From an uncultured Gemmatimonadales bacterium (GTDB lineage Bacteria > Gemmatimonadota > Gemmatimonadetes > Gemmatimonadales > GWC2-71-9), in assembly GCA_963779755.1 (NCBI GenBank), contig CAVZZO010000001.1:256001-320000 (forward strand): 64,000 bases of DNA, read 5' to 3'. Under the pieces are notes generated by a model, which did not search any database, was not told the origin of the DNA, and saw nothing but the letters and a program-made list of their open reading frames with translations. The position numbers were made by a program, and so were the translations under genes. Below, one piece after another: positions 17,716 to 27,180 of the stretch; the first letter of the stretch is position 1, and the number at the start of each line of letters is the position of its first letter.

Positions 17716-18860
17716 GCCTGGCAGAAACGACGGATCAGGGAGCGGACCATGCCGTCGGCCCGTTCGAACTGGGAGGCGGGCAGGCTCTCATTGGGCTTGT
17801 GGGCAACGGCGATGTTGCCCGGGCCGAAGATCACGCATTCGAGCCCGATGGTCTGGAACCAGCCGGCGTCGGTGGCGTAAGCGACGCTGTGGGTTTCGGA
17901 CGAACCGGCGACCTCACCCGCCGCCCGCAGTACGGGCGCATCGTCGCGCAGCAGCATGGGCGGACTCTCGCCGGTAAGCTGGAGCGAAAAGTCGCCGCCC
18001 GCGGCCCGGGCTATGGTGTCGCGGATCCGCTGAACCACCGCCGGAACATCGGTCCCGGGGAGGGTCCGTACCCCGATGTCCACTTCGCAATGGTCGGGGA
18101 TCACGTTGGTGGCCGTCCCACCACGCACCTGCGCCACGTTCAGGGCCAGGAAGGGTACCTCCGGGAAGAGCTCGCCGTTGGCCGGGTGCTCCGCTTCCAG
18201 CTCCGCGCGCAGGTCGCGCAGTGCGGCAATGGCCACCCCGGCGGGCTCGATGGCGTTCCGGCCCAGGTGGGGATAGCCGCTGTGGGCGCCCACCCCCTCG
18301 AAGGAAAGCCGCAGCTTCAGATGCCCCTTGTGGGCCCGGACCACCCGCAGTTCGGTCGGCTCCCCGATCACCGCCTGGACCGGCATGCCGGGCAGCGGTG
18401 TCCAGCCCTGGGCCAGCCGGCGCGCCCCCAGGGTGCCGACTTCCTCGTCGTAGGTGAAAAGCAGCACCAGGGGGGCCGTGAGCGCCGCCGGATCGAACGA
18501 AGCGGCTGCATTCATGGCCAGCGCGAGGAAGCCTTTCATGTCGCAGGCGCCCCGGCCCGTGTACGCGCCCTCGGCCAGCGTCAGCGTGAACGGATCGGTC
18601 TGCCATCCGGCCTCGTCGGCCGGCACGACATCCATGTGGCCCGAGAGGACCAGGCCCTCGCCGTCTCCCCCCTCGGGCCCGACCCGAATGAGAAGATTGG
18701 CCTTTTCGCCGTCCGGCGAGGGCCGGCGGTCGACCTGGATGCCGGGGCGGTCCAGGTAGTCCGCGATGAAATCGGCGATGGGCAGATTGCTGTTGCGGCT
18801 GGTCGAATCGAAGCCGACCAGCCGGCTCAGCAGCTCGGCATTGGTGAGGAGTCCGGGCAC
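17712..18860 (-). CDS. argE: M20 family acetylornithine deacetylase-like deacylase
   Basis: LSRLVGFDSTSRNSNL, LSGHMDVVP, GRGACDMKGF, YDEEVG, IGEPT, AHKG, AHKPNE; GTG start at 18860; ATGA overlap with hutF. Confidence 0.85.
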   Translation of the reverse strand: MPGLLTNAELLSRLVGFDSTSRNSNLPIADFIADYLDRPGIQVDRRPSPDGEKANLLIRVGPEGGDGEGLVLSGHMDVVPADEAGWQTDPFTLTLAEGAYTGRGACDMKGFLALAMNAAASFDPAALTAPLVLLFTYDEEVGTLGARRLAQGWTPLPGMPVQAVIGEPTELRVVRAHKGHLKLRLSFEGVGAHSGYPHLGRNAIEPAGVAIAALRDLRAELEAEHPANGELFPEVPFLALNVAQVRGGTATNVIPDHCEVDIGVRTLPGTDVPAVVQRIRDTIARAAGGDFSLQLTGESPPMLLRDDAPVLRAAGEVAGSSETHSVAYATDAGWFQTIGLECVIFGPGNIAVAHKPNESLPASQFERADGMVRSLIRRFCQA

Positions 18861-18956
18861 GGGAGAAGTCTGCCTCCGATACACCCGCTCAACAAGGGGG
18901 CAGAGCCGGTGTACTATTCGGAGACCCGGACCATCCGACCACATCGCCGACGATCC

Positions 18957-21062
18957 ATGATCCCACTGCTCCGCCGAGCGGCCCGCCCGCTCCGCCTTCT
19001 CACGCCACTGCTGCTTCTGCCGCTCCATCCCGCGGCGGGCCAGGCGCAGCTCTCGCTCATTCCTCAGCCCCGCGAAGTGACGCCGGGAGCAATCGTCCCG
19101 CTGCGCGGCGGCGTCCGCATCCTGCGCGCCGGCAGCAGCCCGGAAGACCGCTTCGCCGGCGGCGATCTGGCTGCCGCGCTCAAGGCGCGCGGCATCGCCG
19201 TTGCCACCAGCGACGGTCCCGGTGTGGTGACGGTCATGCTCTCGCGCCGCGGATCGGGCGTGGGCCGGCGCGCGCTGGCCCGCAACCACCTGGTGATCGA
19301 TTCCGCCATGGGAGAGCAGGGCTACGTATTGGCGGCGTCGGGACACCGGGTCGACATCGTCGGGGGCGGAGCCGCGGGGGTCTTCTATGGGGTGCAGACG
19401 CTCAAACAGCTGATCCAGGGCAGCGGGCGTGCGGCCATGCTGCAGACCGCCCGGATACGTGATTGGCCCGCCCTGCGCTGGCGCGGCGTCCACGACGACC
19501 TCTCCCGGGGGCCGGTGCCCACGCTCGAGTTCCAGAAAAAGCAGATCCGCACGCTGGGGGCCTACAAGATCAACGTCTTCTCACCCTATTTCGAGCACAC
19601 GCTGGCCTATCAGCGCTATCCGCTCCTCGCGCCGCCGGGCGGGGCCATGAGCGAGGCCGATGTCCGCGCGCTGGTGGCCTACGCCCGGGATTATCACGTG
19701 ACCATCATCCCGGAGCAGGAGGCGTTCGGCCACCTGCATCACGTGCTCAAATGGGAGCTCTATTCCTCGCTGGGCGAGACGCCGCACGGGCACGTACTGG
19801 CTCCCGGCGATTCCGGCACCCTCGGGGTCATCGGAGACTGGTTCGACGAAATCGATTCGCTCTTTCCCGGCCCCTTCGTCCATATCGGGGCGGACGAGAC
19901 TTTCGAGCTGGGCCGAGGCCGGACGGCGGAGCTGGTGCGGAGCGAAGGCCTGGGCGCGGTCTATCTCGACTTTCTCCGGAAGATCGAACAGCGGCTGCGG
20001 CCGCGGGGCAAGCGGCTGCTCTTCTGGGGCGATGTCGCGGGGAATTCGCCCGAGCTGGTGAAGTCGCTGCCGCACGACATGATCGCCGTCGCCTGGAATT
20101 ACTGGTCTCACGACCACTTCGACCGGATGCTGCAGCCGTTCATTGATGCCGGCATGGACACCTGGGTCGCCCCGGGGGTCGCCAACTGGAGCCGGGTCTG
20201 GCCCGACTATCACATTGCCCTGCCGAACATCCAGCAGTTCGTGCTCGCCGGGCAGCGCCTGGGCTCGGAGGGTGTCCTGAACACCACCTGGGACGACGAT
20301 GGTGAGGCCCTGTTCAACCAGACCTGGTACGGACTGCTGTTCGGCGCCGCGGCCTCCTGGCAGGCCGGCGAGGCGGACACCGCGCTCTTCGCGCGCAACT
20401 ACGGCCCGGTCTTCCAGGGCGATGCCAGCGGCGAAGTCAACCGGGCTCAGCAACTCCTGATCCAGGCGCATGCGCTGCTCGACAGCGCCGGGGTGGGCGA
20501 CGCCGGCGACTGGCTCTTCTGGCTGGACCCCTGGAGCCCGGCCGGACAGACGGTGACGCCGAAGATCCTGCCGGTGGCCTCGCAGCTGCGCCTGTTGGCG
20601 GAAGGAGCCCTGGTGGCCGCCAGCAATGCCGCCAGGACCGGCGTCCGTGAACCCGATGCCCTCGCCGCGCTGGAACTGGGAGCGCGCCGGATCGATTTCA
20701 TCGGCATGAAGTTCCAGTTTGCGGACGAAATCGCCCGCGCCTACCGTCTGGCGCGGGACACCGCGGATGCCGGCACTCGCGAGCACGAGTTCAGCGACAT
20801 CAACAGCATGAACGGCCGGCTGCAGGACCTGCGCGACGGCTACACTCTTCTGCGCGGGCTGTACCGCGATGCCTGGCTCCGGGAAAACCGGCCCTACTGG
20901 CTCCAGAATGTCCTGGCCCGGTACGACGCCGCCACCGCCCTGTGGCTCCGGCGCATGGACCAGTTCACCGAAGCGCGGCGGCTGGGGCGCAGCGGCGCTG
21001 AGCTCCCCGCCCCCGCGGCGCTGGGCCTCCCCGACACCTCCTCGATGGAGAAGGCTCCATGA
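18957..21062 (+). CDS. GH20-like beta-N-acetylhexosaminidase, secreted
   Basis: Signal peptide; LIPQPRE; IRDWPALRWRGVHDDLSRG; HIGADE catalytic motif; TTWDDDG. Confidence 0.87.
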   Translation: MIPLLRRAARPLRLLTPLLLLPLHPAAGQAQLSLIPQPREVTPGAIVPLRGGVRILRAGSSPEDRFAGGDLAAALKARGIAVATSDGPGVVTVMLSRRGSGVGRRALARNHLVIDSAMGEQGYVLAASGHRVDIVGGGAAGVFYGVQTLKQLIQGSGRAAMLQTARIRDWPALRWRGVHDDLSRGPVPTLEFQKKQIRTLGAYKINVFSPYFEHTLAYQRYPLLAPPGGAMSEADVRALVAYARDYHVTIIPEQEAFGHLHHVLKWELYSSLGETPHGHVLAPGDSGTLGVIGDWFDEIDSLFPGPFVHIGADETFELGRGRTAELVRSEGLGAVYLDFLRKIEQRLRPRGKRLLFWGDVAGNSPELVKSLPHDMIAVAWNYWSHDHFDRMLQPFIDAGMDTWVAPGVANWSRVWPDYHIALPNIQQFVLAGQRLGSEGVLNTTWDDDGEALFNQTWYGLLFGAAASWQAGEADTALFARNYGPVFQGDASGEVNRAQQLLIQAHALLDSAGVGDAGDWLFWLDPWSPAGQTVTPKILPVASQLRLLAEGALVAASNAARTGVREPDALAALELGARRIDFIGMKFQFADEIARAYRLARDTADAGTREHEFSDINSMNGRLQDLRDGYTLLRGLYRDAWLRENRPYWLQNVLARYDAATALWLRRMDQFTEARRLGRSGAELPAPAALGLPDTSSMEKAP

Positions 21063-22696
21063 CCGTTTCCCGCCGCGACTTCGTTGCCGTATCCGGCGGG
21101 GCCATGCTGGCCCTGGCCGCGCCCGCGCTGCACCTCCCCTCCCGGCGGCGCTACGACCTGGTCCTGCGCGGCGGCACCGTCTTCGACGGCTCCGGCGCCG
21201 AGGGGGTGCGTGCCGATCTCGCCGTCAGCGGCGACCGGATCGCCGCGGTGGCGCCGGGCCTGGCGCCGGGCGCACTCGAAATCGATGCCCGCGACCTGGC
21301 GGTAGCCCCGGGCTTCATCGACATCCACTCCCATGCCGACGGAACGCTGTTCGACGATCCAAGGGCCGAATCGGTGGTGCGACAGGGAGTCACCACAGCG
21401 GTCGTGGGCCAGGACGGATCCTCCCATGTGCCCCGCGCCCGCTCGAGCGACGATAACGACGGCCCCGGCTTCGGCTCGATGGCCGACTACTTTCAGTCGG
21501 TCGATCAGGCCGGCCCTTCGATCAACCTCGCCTCCATGGTCGGCCTGGGCAGCGTGCGCGGCGCGGTCATCGGCGACGACGACCGCCCGGCGACCGATGC
21601 CGAGTTGCGGCAGATGACGGCCCTGGTGGCCGATGCCCTCGACCACGGCGCCTGCGGCGCCAGCACCGGCCTCGAGTACACTCCGGGCGCCTTTGCTTCA
21701 CGCGAGGAGCTCATCGCCCTGTGCCGTCCGCTGGCCCCGCGGAAGCTCCCCTACGCCACCCACATGCGAAATGAGGACGACCGCGTGCTGGAAGCGGTGG
21801 ATGAGGCCATCGCAATCGCCGCCGGTGCCGGCTGTCCGCTCGAGATCTCCCACCTCAAGGCCCAGGGGCCGCGCAACTGGGACAAACTGGACCAGATCTT
21901 CGCCCGCATTGCCGCGGCGAAGCTGCGGATGGACATCGCCTTCGATCGCTATCCCTATGTGGCCTATCAGACCACGCTGGCCAACCTGTTTCCCGCCGCC
22001 AGCCGCGACGGCGGCACCGAGGCCTTTCTGGGCCGCCTGAGCGACAGCGCCACCGCGCCCCAGCTGAAGCAGGACGCGCTCGCCAAGGTGGAATCACTGG
22101 GCGGCTGGGATCATGTCATGATCTCCAGTGTCGCCGACTCCAGCGACCGGTCCGCCGAGGGCCGGCGAATGGGAGAGTATGCCCGGGCCCGCGGCGAGGA
22201 CCCCTACGCGCTGACGGTCGCGCTGCTCACCGGGAGCCGCGGCAACGTCGGCATGGTGGGGTTCGCCATGAGTGAGGACAACCTGGAGCGGATCCTGGCC
22301 CATCCGCTGAGCATGGTCTGCAGCGACGGCGGCGCCTTTGCCCTGGAGGGCCCGGCGCACCGGGGCCATCCGCATCCTCGCGGGTTGGGCAGCTTTCCCC
22401 GGGTCCTCGCGCTCTATGTCCGTCAGCGCAAGATCCTGACGCTCGCGCAGGCCATCCACAAGATGAGCGGCTTCGCCGCCGCGCGGCTCCATCTGCGCGA
22501 CCGGGGCCGCCTGGCCGCCGGTGCCGCGGCAGACATCGTAGTGTTCGATCCGGATACCGTGAGCGACCAGGCCACCTTCGCCGATCCGTTCCAGTATCCC
22601 ACCGGTATCAGCGCAGTGATCGTGAACGGCTCGGTCACCATCCGGGAGGGAGAGCATAGCGCGACCGGCGCCGGCCGGGCGCTCCGGCCGGGCTGA
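21059..22696 (+). CDS. N-acyl-D-amino acid deacylase (D-aminoacylase) with Tat signal
   Basis: SRRDFV signal; APGFIDIHSH, GQDG, STGLEYTPG, HMRNE, SHLK, SDGG, HPRGLGSFPRVL. Confidence 0.9.
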   Translation: MTVSRRDFVAVSGGAMLALAAPALHLPSRRRYDLVLRGGTVFDGSGAEGVRADLAVSGDRIAAVAPGLAPGALEIDARDLAVAPGFIDIHSHADGTLFDDPRAESVVRQGVTTAVVGQDGSSHVPRARSSDDNDGPGFGSMADYFQSVDQAGPSINLASMVGLGSVRGAVIGDDDRPATDAELRQMTALVADALDHGACGASTGLEYTPGAFASREELIALCRPLAPRKLPYATHMRNEDDRVLEAVDEAIAIAAGAGCPLEISHLKAQGPRNWDKLDQIFARIAAAKLRMDIAFDRYPYVAYQTTLANLFPAASRDGGTEAFLGRLSDSATAPQLKQDALAKVESLGGWDHVMISSVADSSDRSAEGRRMGEYARARGEDPYALTVALLTGSRGNVGMVGFAMSEDNLERILAHPLSMVCSDGGAFALEGPAHRGHPHPRGLGSFPRVLALYVRQRKILTLAQAIHKMSGFAAARLHLRDRGRLAAGAAADIVVFDPDTVSDQATFADPFQYPTGISAVIVNGSVTIREGEHSATGAGRALRPG

Positions 22697-22806
22697 GGCG
22701 GCCACCCTCAACATTCTTTCAATACAGCTTCAGCCTGGCCTCACGGCCTTCATGGCATAGTGGCGTGGGCGGAGTGCGCTTCGCTCCCGCTGGCCAGGAG
22801 GCTGGT

Positions 22807-23700
22807 ATGGTCGCCATTCAGTTACCCGTCGCGCGCAGAGCCACGCTTACCACCAGGACAGCGCGTACCTACGCGCCCAGGATCGTCACCCGGCCGGAGC
22901 CCCGGCCGGCGGCCCTCCCCGTACCGCGGGTGCAGGGCATGCTGGGGGCCCGCCACCGCTCCCATCCCGTTGCCTCGTTCTTTTCCTCCCTGGGCGCGCA
23001 CCTGATGGTGATCAGTGTGATACTCGTGGCCACCCAGGCCTCCGTGGGCCCGCCGCTCATGGCCACCCCGGACACGACCATGGTCTTTCTGCAGGGCCTG
23101 CGTCCGGTCCCTGCCGAGCGGGTCCCCGCACGGCCGGAGCCCCCACCGGAGCGCGCGCAGGGACCGGGGGGAGGCGCGTTGCTCATCGCCAATCCGCCGC
23201 CCAAGGGGTTTCAGACGGTCATTGCCCCGACCTCCATTCCCGACGGCATCCCGCCCGTCGATCCGGATGAGAAACCCTATGATCCGCGCGATTTCACCGG
23301 CGTCGGCGTTGAAGGCGGCGTCTCCTATGGGTTAGTGGGAGGCACCGGACCGGTGAATCAGGACCTCACCGCGGGACTGGGCGAGGCGCTCTTCACGGCG
23401 ACATCCCGGGAAGCGGAGTTTGCTCCCGCCGAAGTGGTCTTCCAGCCGGCTCCGGTCTATCCTCCGGCGCTGCTCCGCGCGGGCCTGGAGGGCAGCCTCC
23501 GGGTGCGGTTCATCATCGACACCACCGGAAGAGTCGAAGCCGCGTCCTTCCAGGTCCTGGAGGCCAGCCTTCCGGGGTTTGAACCGGCGGTGCGGGCAAC
23601 CATCCTCGGCAGCCGCTTCCGGCCCGCCCGGCTCGGCGCAGTGGCCGTGCGGCAACTGACCGAGCAGCGGGTGAGCTTCGTCCTGGAGGACCGGCCATAG
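22807..23700 (+). CDS. TonB family energy transducer
   Basis: Membrane anchor SLGAHL, Pro-rich linker, C-terminal PVYP...GLEG...FIIDTTGRV...FRPA; AGGAG before ATG 22807. Confidence 0.8.
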   Translation: MVAIQLPVARRATLTTRTARTYAPRIVTRPEPRPAALPVPRVQGMLGARHRSHPVASFFSSLGAHLMVISVILVATQASVGPPLMATPDTTMVFLQGLRPVPAERVPARPEPPPERAQGPGGGALLIANPPPKGFQTVIAPTSIPDGIPPVDPDEKPYDPRDFTGVGVEGGVSYGLVGGTGPVNQDLTAGLGEALFTATSREAEFAPAEVVFQPAPVYPPALLRAGLEGSLRVRFIIDTTGRVEAASFQVLEASLPGFEPAVRATILGSRFRPARLGAVAVRQLTEQRVSFVLEDRP

Positions 23701-23808
23701 TCCGAGCCTGGGCAGGCAGGTCGGTCCGATCCGGCCCAGGTATCCCACCGCAATGGCGCTCTCTGCGAGTCTCCGCGGCGTCGGCGCCCTTCTTGTGAGC
23801 AAGCGTAA

Positions 23809-24939
23809 TCAGGATACCAGCCCGGCCAGCAGCCGGACGCGAATGCCTCCGACGTTGGTCGTAAGGACCGTCTCCAGCGGCAGTGCCAGCTGCCGCTCGT
23901 GCTCCGGATGCGCCAGCAGCAGGGCCGCCCGCCATCCGCGGCAGCGCTCCCGCGCAAACCGCCCCAGCCCGGCATAGAGGTTCCGCAGTTTTTGCCGGTC
24001 GCCGATGCGCACGCCGTAAGGCGGGTTCGTGACCAGCCACCCGGGCCCCCGGGGCGGCTCCTGCGCCGAGAAAGCGCACCGCTCCAGCCTGATCTGCTCG
24101 GCCACACCGGCGCGCTCGGCATTGGACCGGGCGGCGGCGATGGCACCCGCATCGCGATCGGATCCCCACACCGCCTGCGGCGGCCCCGGCAGAACCTCGG
24201 CGGCTGCCGTCCGCCGGATCGCTTCCCAGCCGGCCGCATCGAAGCCGGGCCAGCGCTCGAACCCGTACCCGCGGCGCAGCCCCGGCGGCGCCCGTTGCGC
24301 CAGGAGCGCCGCTTCGATGCAGATGGTCCCCGAGCCGCAGAGTGGGTCCAGGAGCGGGCCCGACCCATCATATCGGGCCGCCAGGAGCATCGCGGCGGCG
24401 ATGGTCTCCCGCAGCGGCGCCTTGGCCGTGGCCGCGCGGTAGCCCCGCCGGTGCAGCAGCGCGCCCGAGCTGTCGGCGCTGATAGTGCATTCATCCCGCC
24501 AGAACCGGACCACGAAGAGCTGGCTCCCGCCCGCTTCATCGGCGCCGGTGGTGACCTCGAGCGACGGATACACCGAATGCAGGACCCGGTGCAGTCGCTC
24601 GGCGATAGCGTCCTGGTGATAGAGGCGCGACTTGCGGCTGGTGATCCGGAAGCGGACCGGCGTGTCCGGATTCACCACGGCCGACCAGTCGAGCCGCCGG
24701 GTTCGCCGCTCCAGTTCGGCGAAGCTGGAAGCATGAAATGAGGCGAGCCGCACCAGGATGCGGTTGGCGGTGCGCAACTGGAGGTTGGCACGGTACATCC
24801 CCCTGCGGTCAGCCTGGAAGGCTACTCCGCCCGGCTCCATCTCGCCCGGGATCAGGCCCAGCGCCCGCAGCTCCGTGGCGGTGATCCCCTCGATACCGGG
24901 TGGGGTAATGGCGTAGCAGTCGAGGAGTGGGGCGGTCAC
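23809..24939 (-). CDS. THUMP-domain RNA methyltransferase (RlmL-like)
   Basis: GGVAF, ANLQLRTANRIL, DSSGALLHRRGYR, APLRETIAAAML, DPLCGSGT, TNPPYG; GTGA overlap with the HAD gene. Confidence 0.88.
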   Translation of the reverse strand: MTAPLLDCYAITPPGIEGITATELRALGLIPGEMEPGGVAFQADRRGMYRANLQLRTANRILVRLASFHASSFAELERRTRRLDWSAVVNPDTPVRFRITSRKSRLYHQDAIAERLHRVLHSVYPSLEVTTGADEAGGSQLFVVRFWRDECTISADSSGALLHRRGYRAATAKAPLRETIAAAMLLAARYDGSGPLLDPLCGSGTICIEAALLAQRAPPGLRRGYGFERWPGFDAAGWEAIRRTAAAEVLPGPPQAVWGSDRDAGAIAAARSNAERAGVAEQIRLERCAFSAQEPPRGPGWLVTNPPYGVRIGDRQKLRNLYAGLGRFARERCRGWRAALLLAHPEHERQLALPLETVLTTNVGGIRVRLLAGLVS

Positions 24940-25700
24940 CCTTTGGCGCCGCCGAGCCACTCGGCAGCCAGCGAAACCAGGGAGGAAGGATCCTGCACCA
25001 GCATCAGACCGGGAGGATGCCCCAGGGCGTCTACCCCGGGGCGGGTGAGCCCCGAAGGCACCGCCAGCACGCGCAGGCCGGCCGCCAGCGCCGACCGGAT
25101 ACCCGGCGCGGAATCCTCCACGGCCATGCACTGCTCCGCCGGCAGCGCGAGACGTGTCAGAGCCACCTGGTACACCTCGGGATCCGGTTTCGGGCGGGTC
25201 ACGTCCTCGATGGTGAGCACCGGATCGAAGACGCCCTCGAGCTCGAGGGCCATGAGGATCTGGTCCACCTGATAGCGGTGGCTCACCGTAACCAGGCCGC
25301 GCGGCAGACCCCGCTGCCGCACATCGGCTACCAGCGCCAGCGCATCGCTCAGGCCCTCATCGCGAATGGCCTGCGGCTCCTCCAGCATGGCATCGTATTC
25401 CCGCAGCCGGAGCGCGATGTACGCCTCGGCCGGGGTTGCCGCATTCAGATCGGCCATGCGACGGCGGGCGGGCTCCTCCAGCTGGAAGCGCTGCATGAGC
25501 CGGTCCGCCACTGCCTGGCGGGCGAGCCCGACGACGTCGCCGAAGGCGCGCACCACGTCGGCCTCGCGCACCTCGGGCCGGAGCGCGGTCGCCGCGCGGG
25601 CATAGGAGATAGCCTTGAGCCGCTCGGTACGGACCAGCGTCCCGTCCAGATCGAACAGCACGGCCCGGACGGGGCGCTCGGGAATCGGGGATATGTTCAC
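24936..25700 (-). CDS. HAD family phosphatase
   Basis: FDLDGTLV, KPDPEVY, VEDSAPGIRSA. Confidence 0.88.
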   Translation of the reverse strand: MNISPIPERPVRAVLFDLDGTLVRTERLKAISYARAATALRPEVREADVVRAFGDVVGLARQAVADRLMQRFQLEEPARRRMADLNAATPAEAYIALRLREYDAMLEEPQAIRDEGLSDALALVADVRQRGLPRGLVTVSHRYQVDQILMALELEGVFDPVLTIEDVTRPKPDPEVYQVALTRLALPAEQCMAVEDSAPGIRSALAAGLRVLAVPSGLTRPGVDALGHPPGLMLVQDPSSLVSLAAEWLGGAKG

Positions 25701-25774
25701 GCGGGAATGATAGTCGGGCGCCGAGCCTCCCGGCCAAGCGGAGGGTCGGTCGCACAGCCGGTGCTGGGGCCGCC

Positions 25775-27055
25775 CTACGGTACACAGGCCGTCGAGTGAA
25801 CCGGCACGCCATCGGCCAGGCCGTCGACCAGGGTCACCGTGCCGTTGGTGCGGATCAGCACGTCGTCGCCGTCGGCGTCGGTGGCCGGGGTGCGACCCTG
25901 CTCCGCGTCGCCCTGGTCGGTGCGATAAATCCGGATGGCAGGGTTGTGGGCGCAGTAGCGCGCCAGCGTGGTGGAATCCGGCAAAAAGCTCCCATGGAAC
26001 GACTTGCGGCCTGAGGACACCACCACGAAGCTGGGATCCACGGCCTGGATGAACGGGAGAGTGCTGGAGGTCTCACTGCCGTGGTGCGCAATCTTCAGCA
26101 CAGTACTATGCAGTCCGGCGGCACCCACCGAATCGAGCAGGATGCGCTCCCCGTAGCGGGCGGAGTCCGGCGGGTCGTCGCGGTCCTTGCCCTCGGCATC
26201 GCCCATGAGCAGGATGCTCTGGGTCCCGTAGACCAGTCGCAGCACGATGGAGGCGTTGTTCTCCAGGGTGTTACCGCTGCCCAGGCCTTCGGGTGAGCCG
26301 GGATAGGAATACAGCACCTGAACCTGCAGTTCGCTGCCCCAGTCCAGTGTGCCGAAGCTGGCGCGCCCCATATGCATCACCGTGGGAGCACCCAAAGCCG
26401 ATTCGGCCCGCACCATGGCCAGAAAGCCGGCATACCTCGCTCCCTCCTTGGGGTACCCCGGATCGTAGTAGTTGCGCACCTCGAAATGCCGGAGGATGCC
26501 CTCGGCGCCGGGATAATGATCGTCGTGCGGATGGGTGAGGATGAGCGCGTCGACCACGGCGTGCTCGTGCGCCCGCGCCAGCACATACCGGAGCAGCGCA
26601 TCGCGCGCATCGGAGGCATCCGGGCCACCATCGATGATGATGTTCCGCCCCTCGTAGATGCCGTTCCCCGGGATGCCGTCGTCGTAGGTATGGATCCAGA
26701 TACCGTCGCCCTGGCCCACGTCCACGACGTGCACCTCCAGCCAGGCATCCGGAATGGACGCGGGCGGACCAGCGGGCTCGCCGACCAGCTCCAGGAACTT
26801 CTTCGCCGCCCAGCCGGTGCGCCCGTCCCCCAGCCGGATCTGCCGCCAGTACGGCGCGGTGCCGATACCGTCGGCCACCGTTCCGGGTGCCAGGCAATCC
26901 TGCCGGGCAGCTCCAGCGGACGGGAGCGCCCGGAACACCAGGCAGGGCGCCGCGCTTTCCCGCACCCGGAAGACAACCGCTCCCTCCTGGCCAGCCAGCC
27001 CGGCGGGCAGCAGGACCAGTAACGCGAATGCCAGCCCCCAGAGACTCCTGCGCAT
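25775..27055 (-). CDS. Secreted ComEC/Rec2-like metallo-beta-lactamase-fold hydrolase with N-terminal SH3-like segment
   Basis: Signal peptide; DVGQGD, IIDGG, THPHDDH, ENNASIVL, LMGDAE, AHHGS; N-terminal WRQIRLGDGRTGWAAKKFL. Confidence 0.82.
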   Translation of the reverse strand: MRRSLWGLAFALLVLLPAGLAGQEGAVVFRVRESAAPCLVFRALPSAGAARQDCLAPGTVADGIGTAPYWRQIRLGDGRTGWAAKKFLELVGEPAGPPASIPDAWLEVHVVDVGQGDGIWIHTYDDGIPGNGIYEGRNIIIDGGPDASDARDALLRYVLARAHEHAVVDALILTHPHDDHYPGAEGILRHFEVRNYYDPGYPKEGARYAGFLAMVRAESALGAPTVMHMGRASFGTLDWGSELQVQVLYSYPGSPEGLGSGNTLENNASIVLRLVYGTQSILLMGDAEGKDRDDPPDSARYGERILLDSVGAAGLHSTVLKIAHHGSETSSTLPFIQAVDPSFVVVSSGRKSFHGSFLPDSTTLARYCAHNPAIRIYRTDQGDAEQGRTPATDADGDDVLIRTNGTVTLVDGLADGVPVHSTACVP

Positions 27056-27060
27056 AGGCC

Positions 27061-27126
27061 TCCCTCGACCCTCTCGACCCTCTCGACCCTCTCGACCCCT
27101 CTCGACCCCCTCGACCCCCTCGACCC
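27061..27126. repeat. 9-mer tandem repeat (CTCGACCCT-like, about 7 copies)
   Basis: ccctcgacc ctctcgacc ctctcgacc ctctcgacc cctctcgacc ccctcgacc ccctcgacc between divergent genes. Confidence 0.85.
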
Positions 27127-27180
27127 AACGTCCAGCCCAAACCGCCTGTCCGCCAGCCCGGAGACGGTTATCCTCCCAGC

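Noticed and set aside
17799..18956. Long N-terminal extensions in the ORF track (GH20 from 17799, also nosZ 5470, kinase 59227, serine hydrolase 10702, ATP-grasp 8001)
   Set aside because: They overlap neighbouring real genes; starts were reassigned using RBS, signal peptides and stop/start overlaps.
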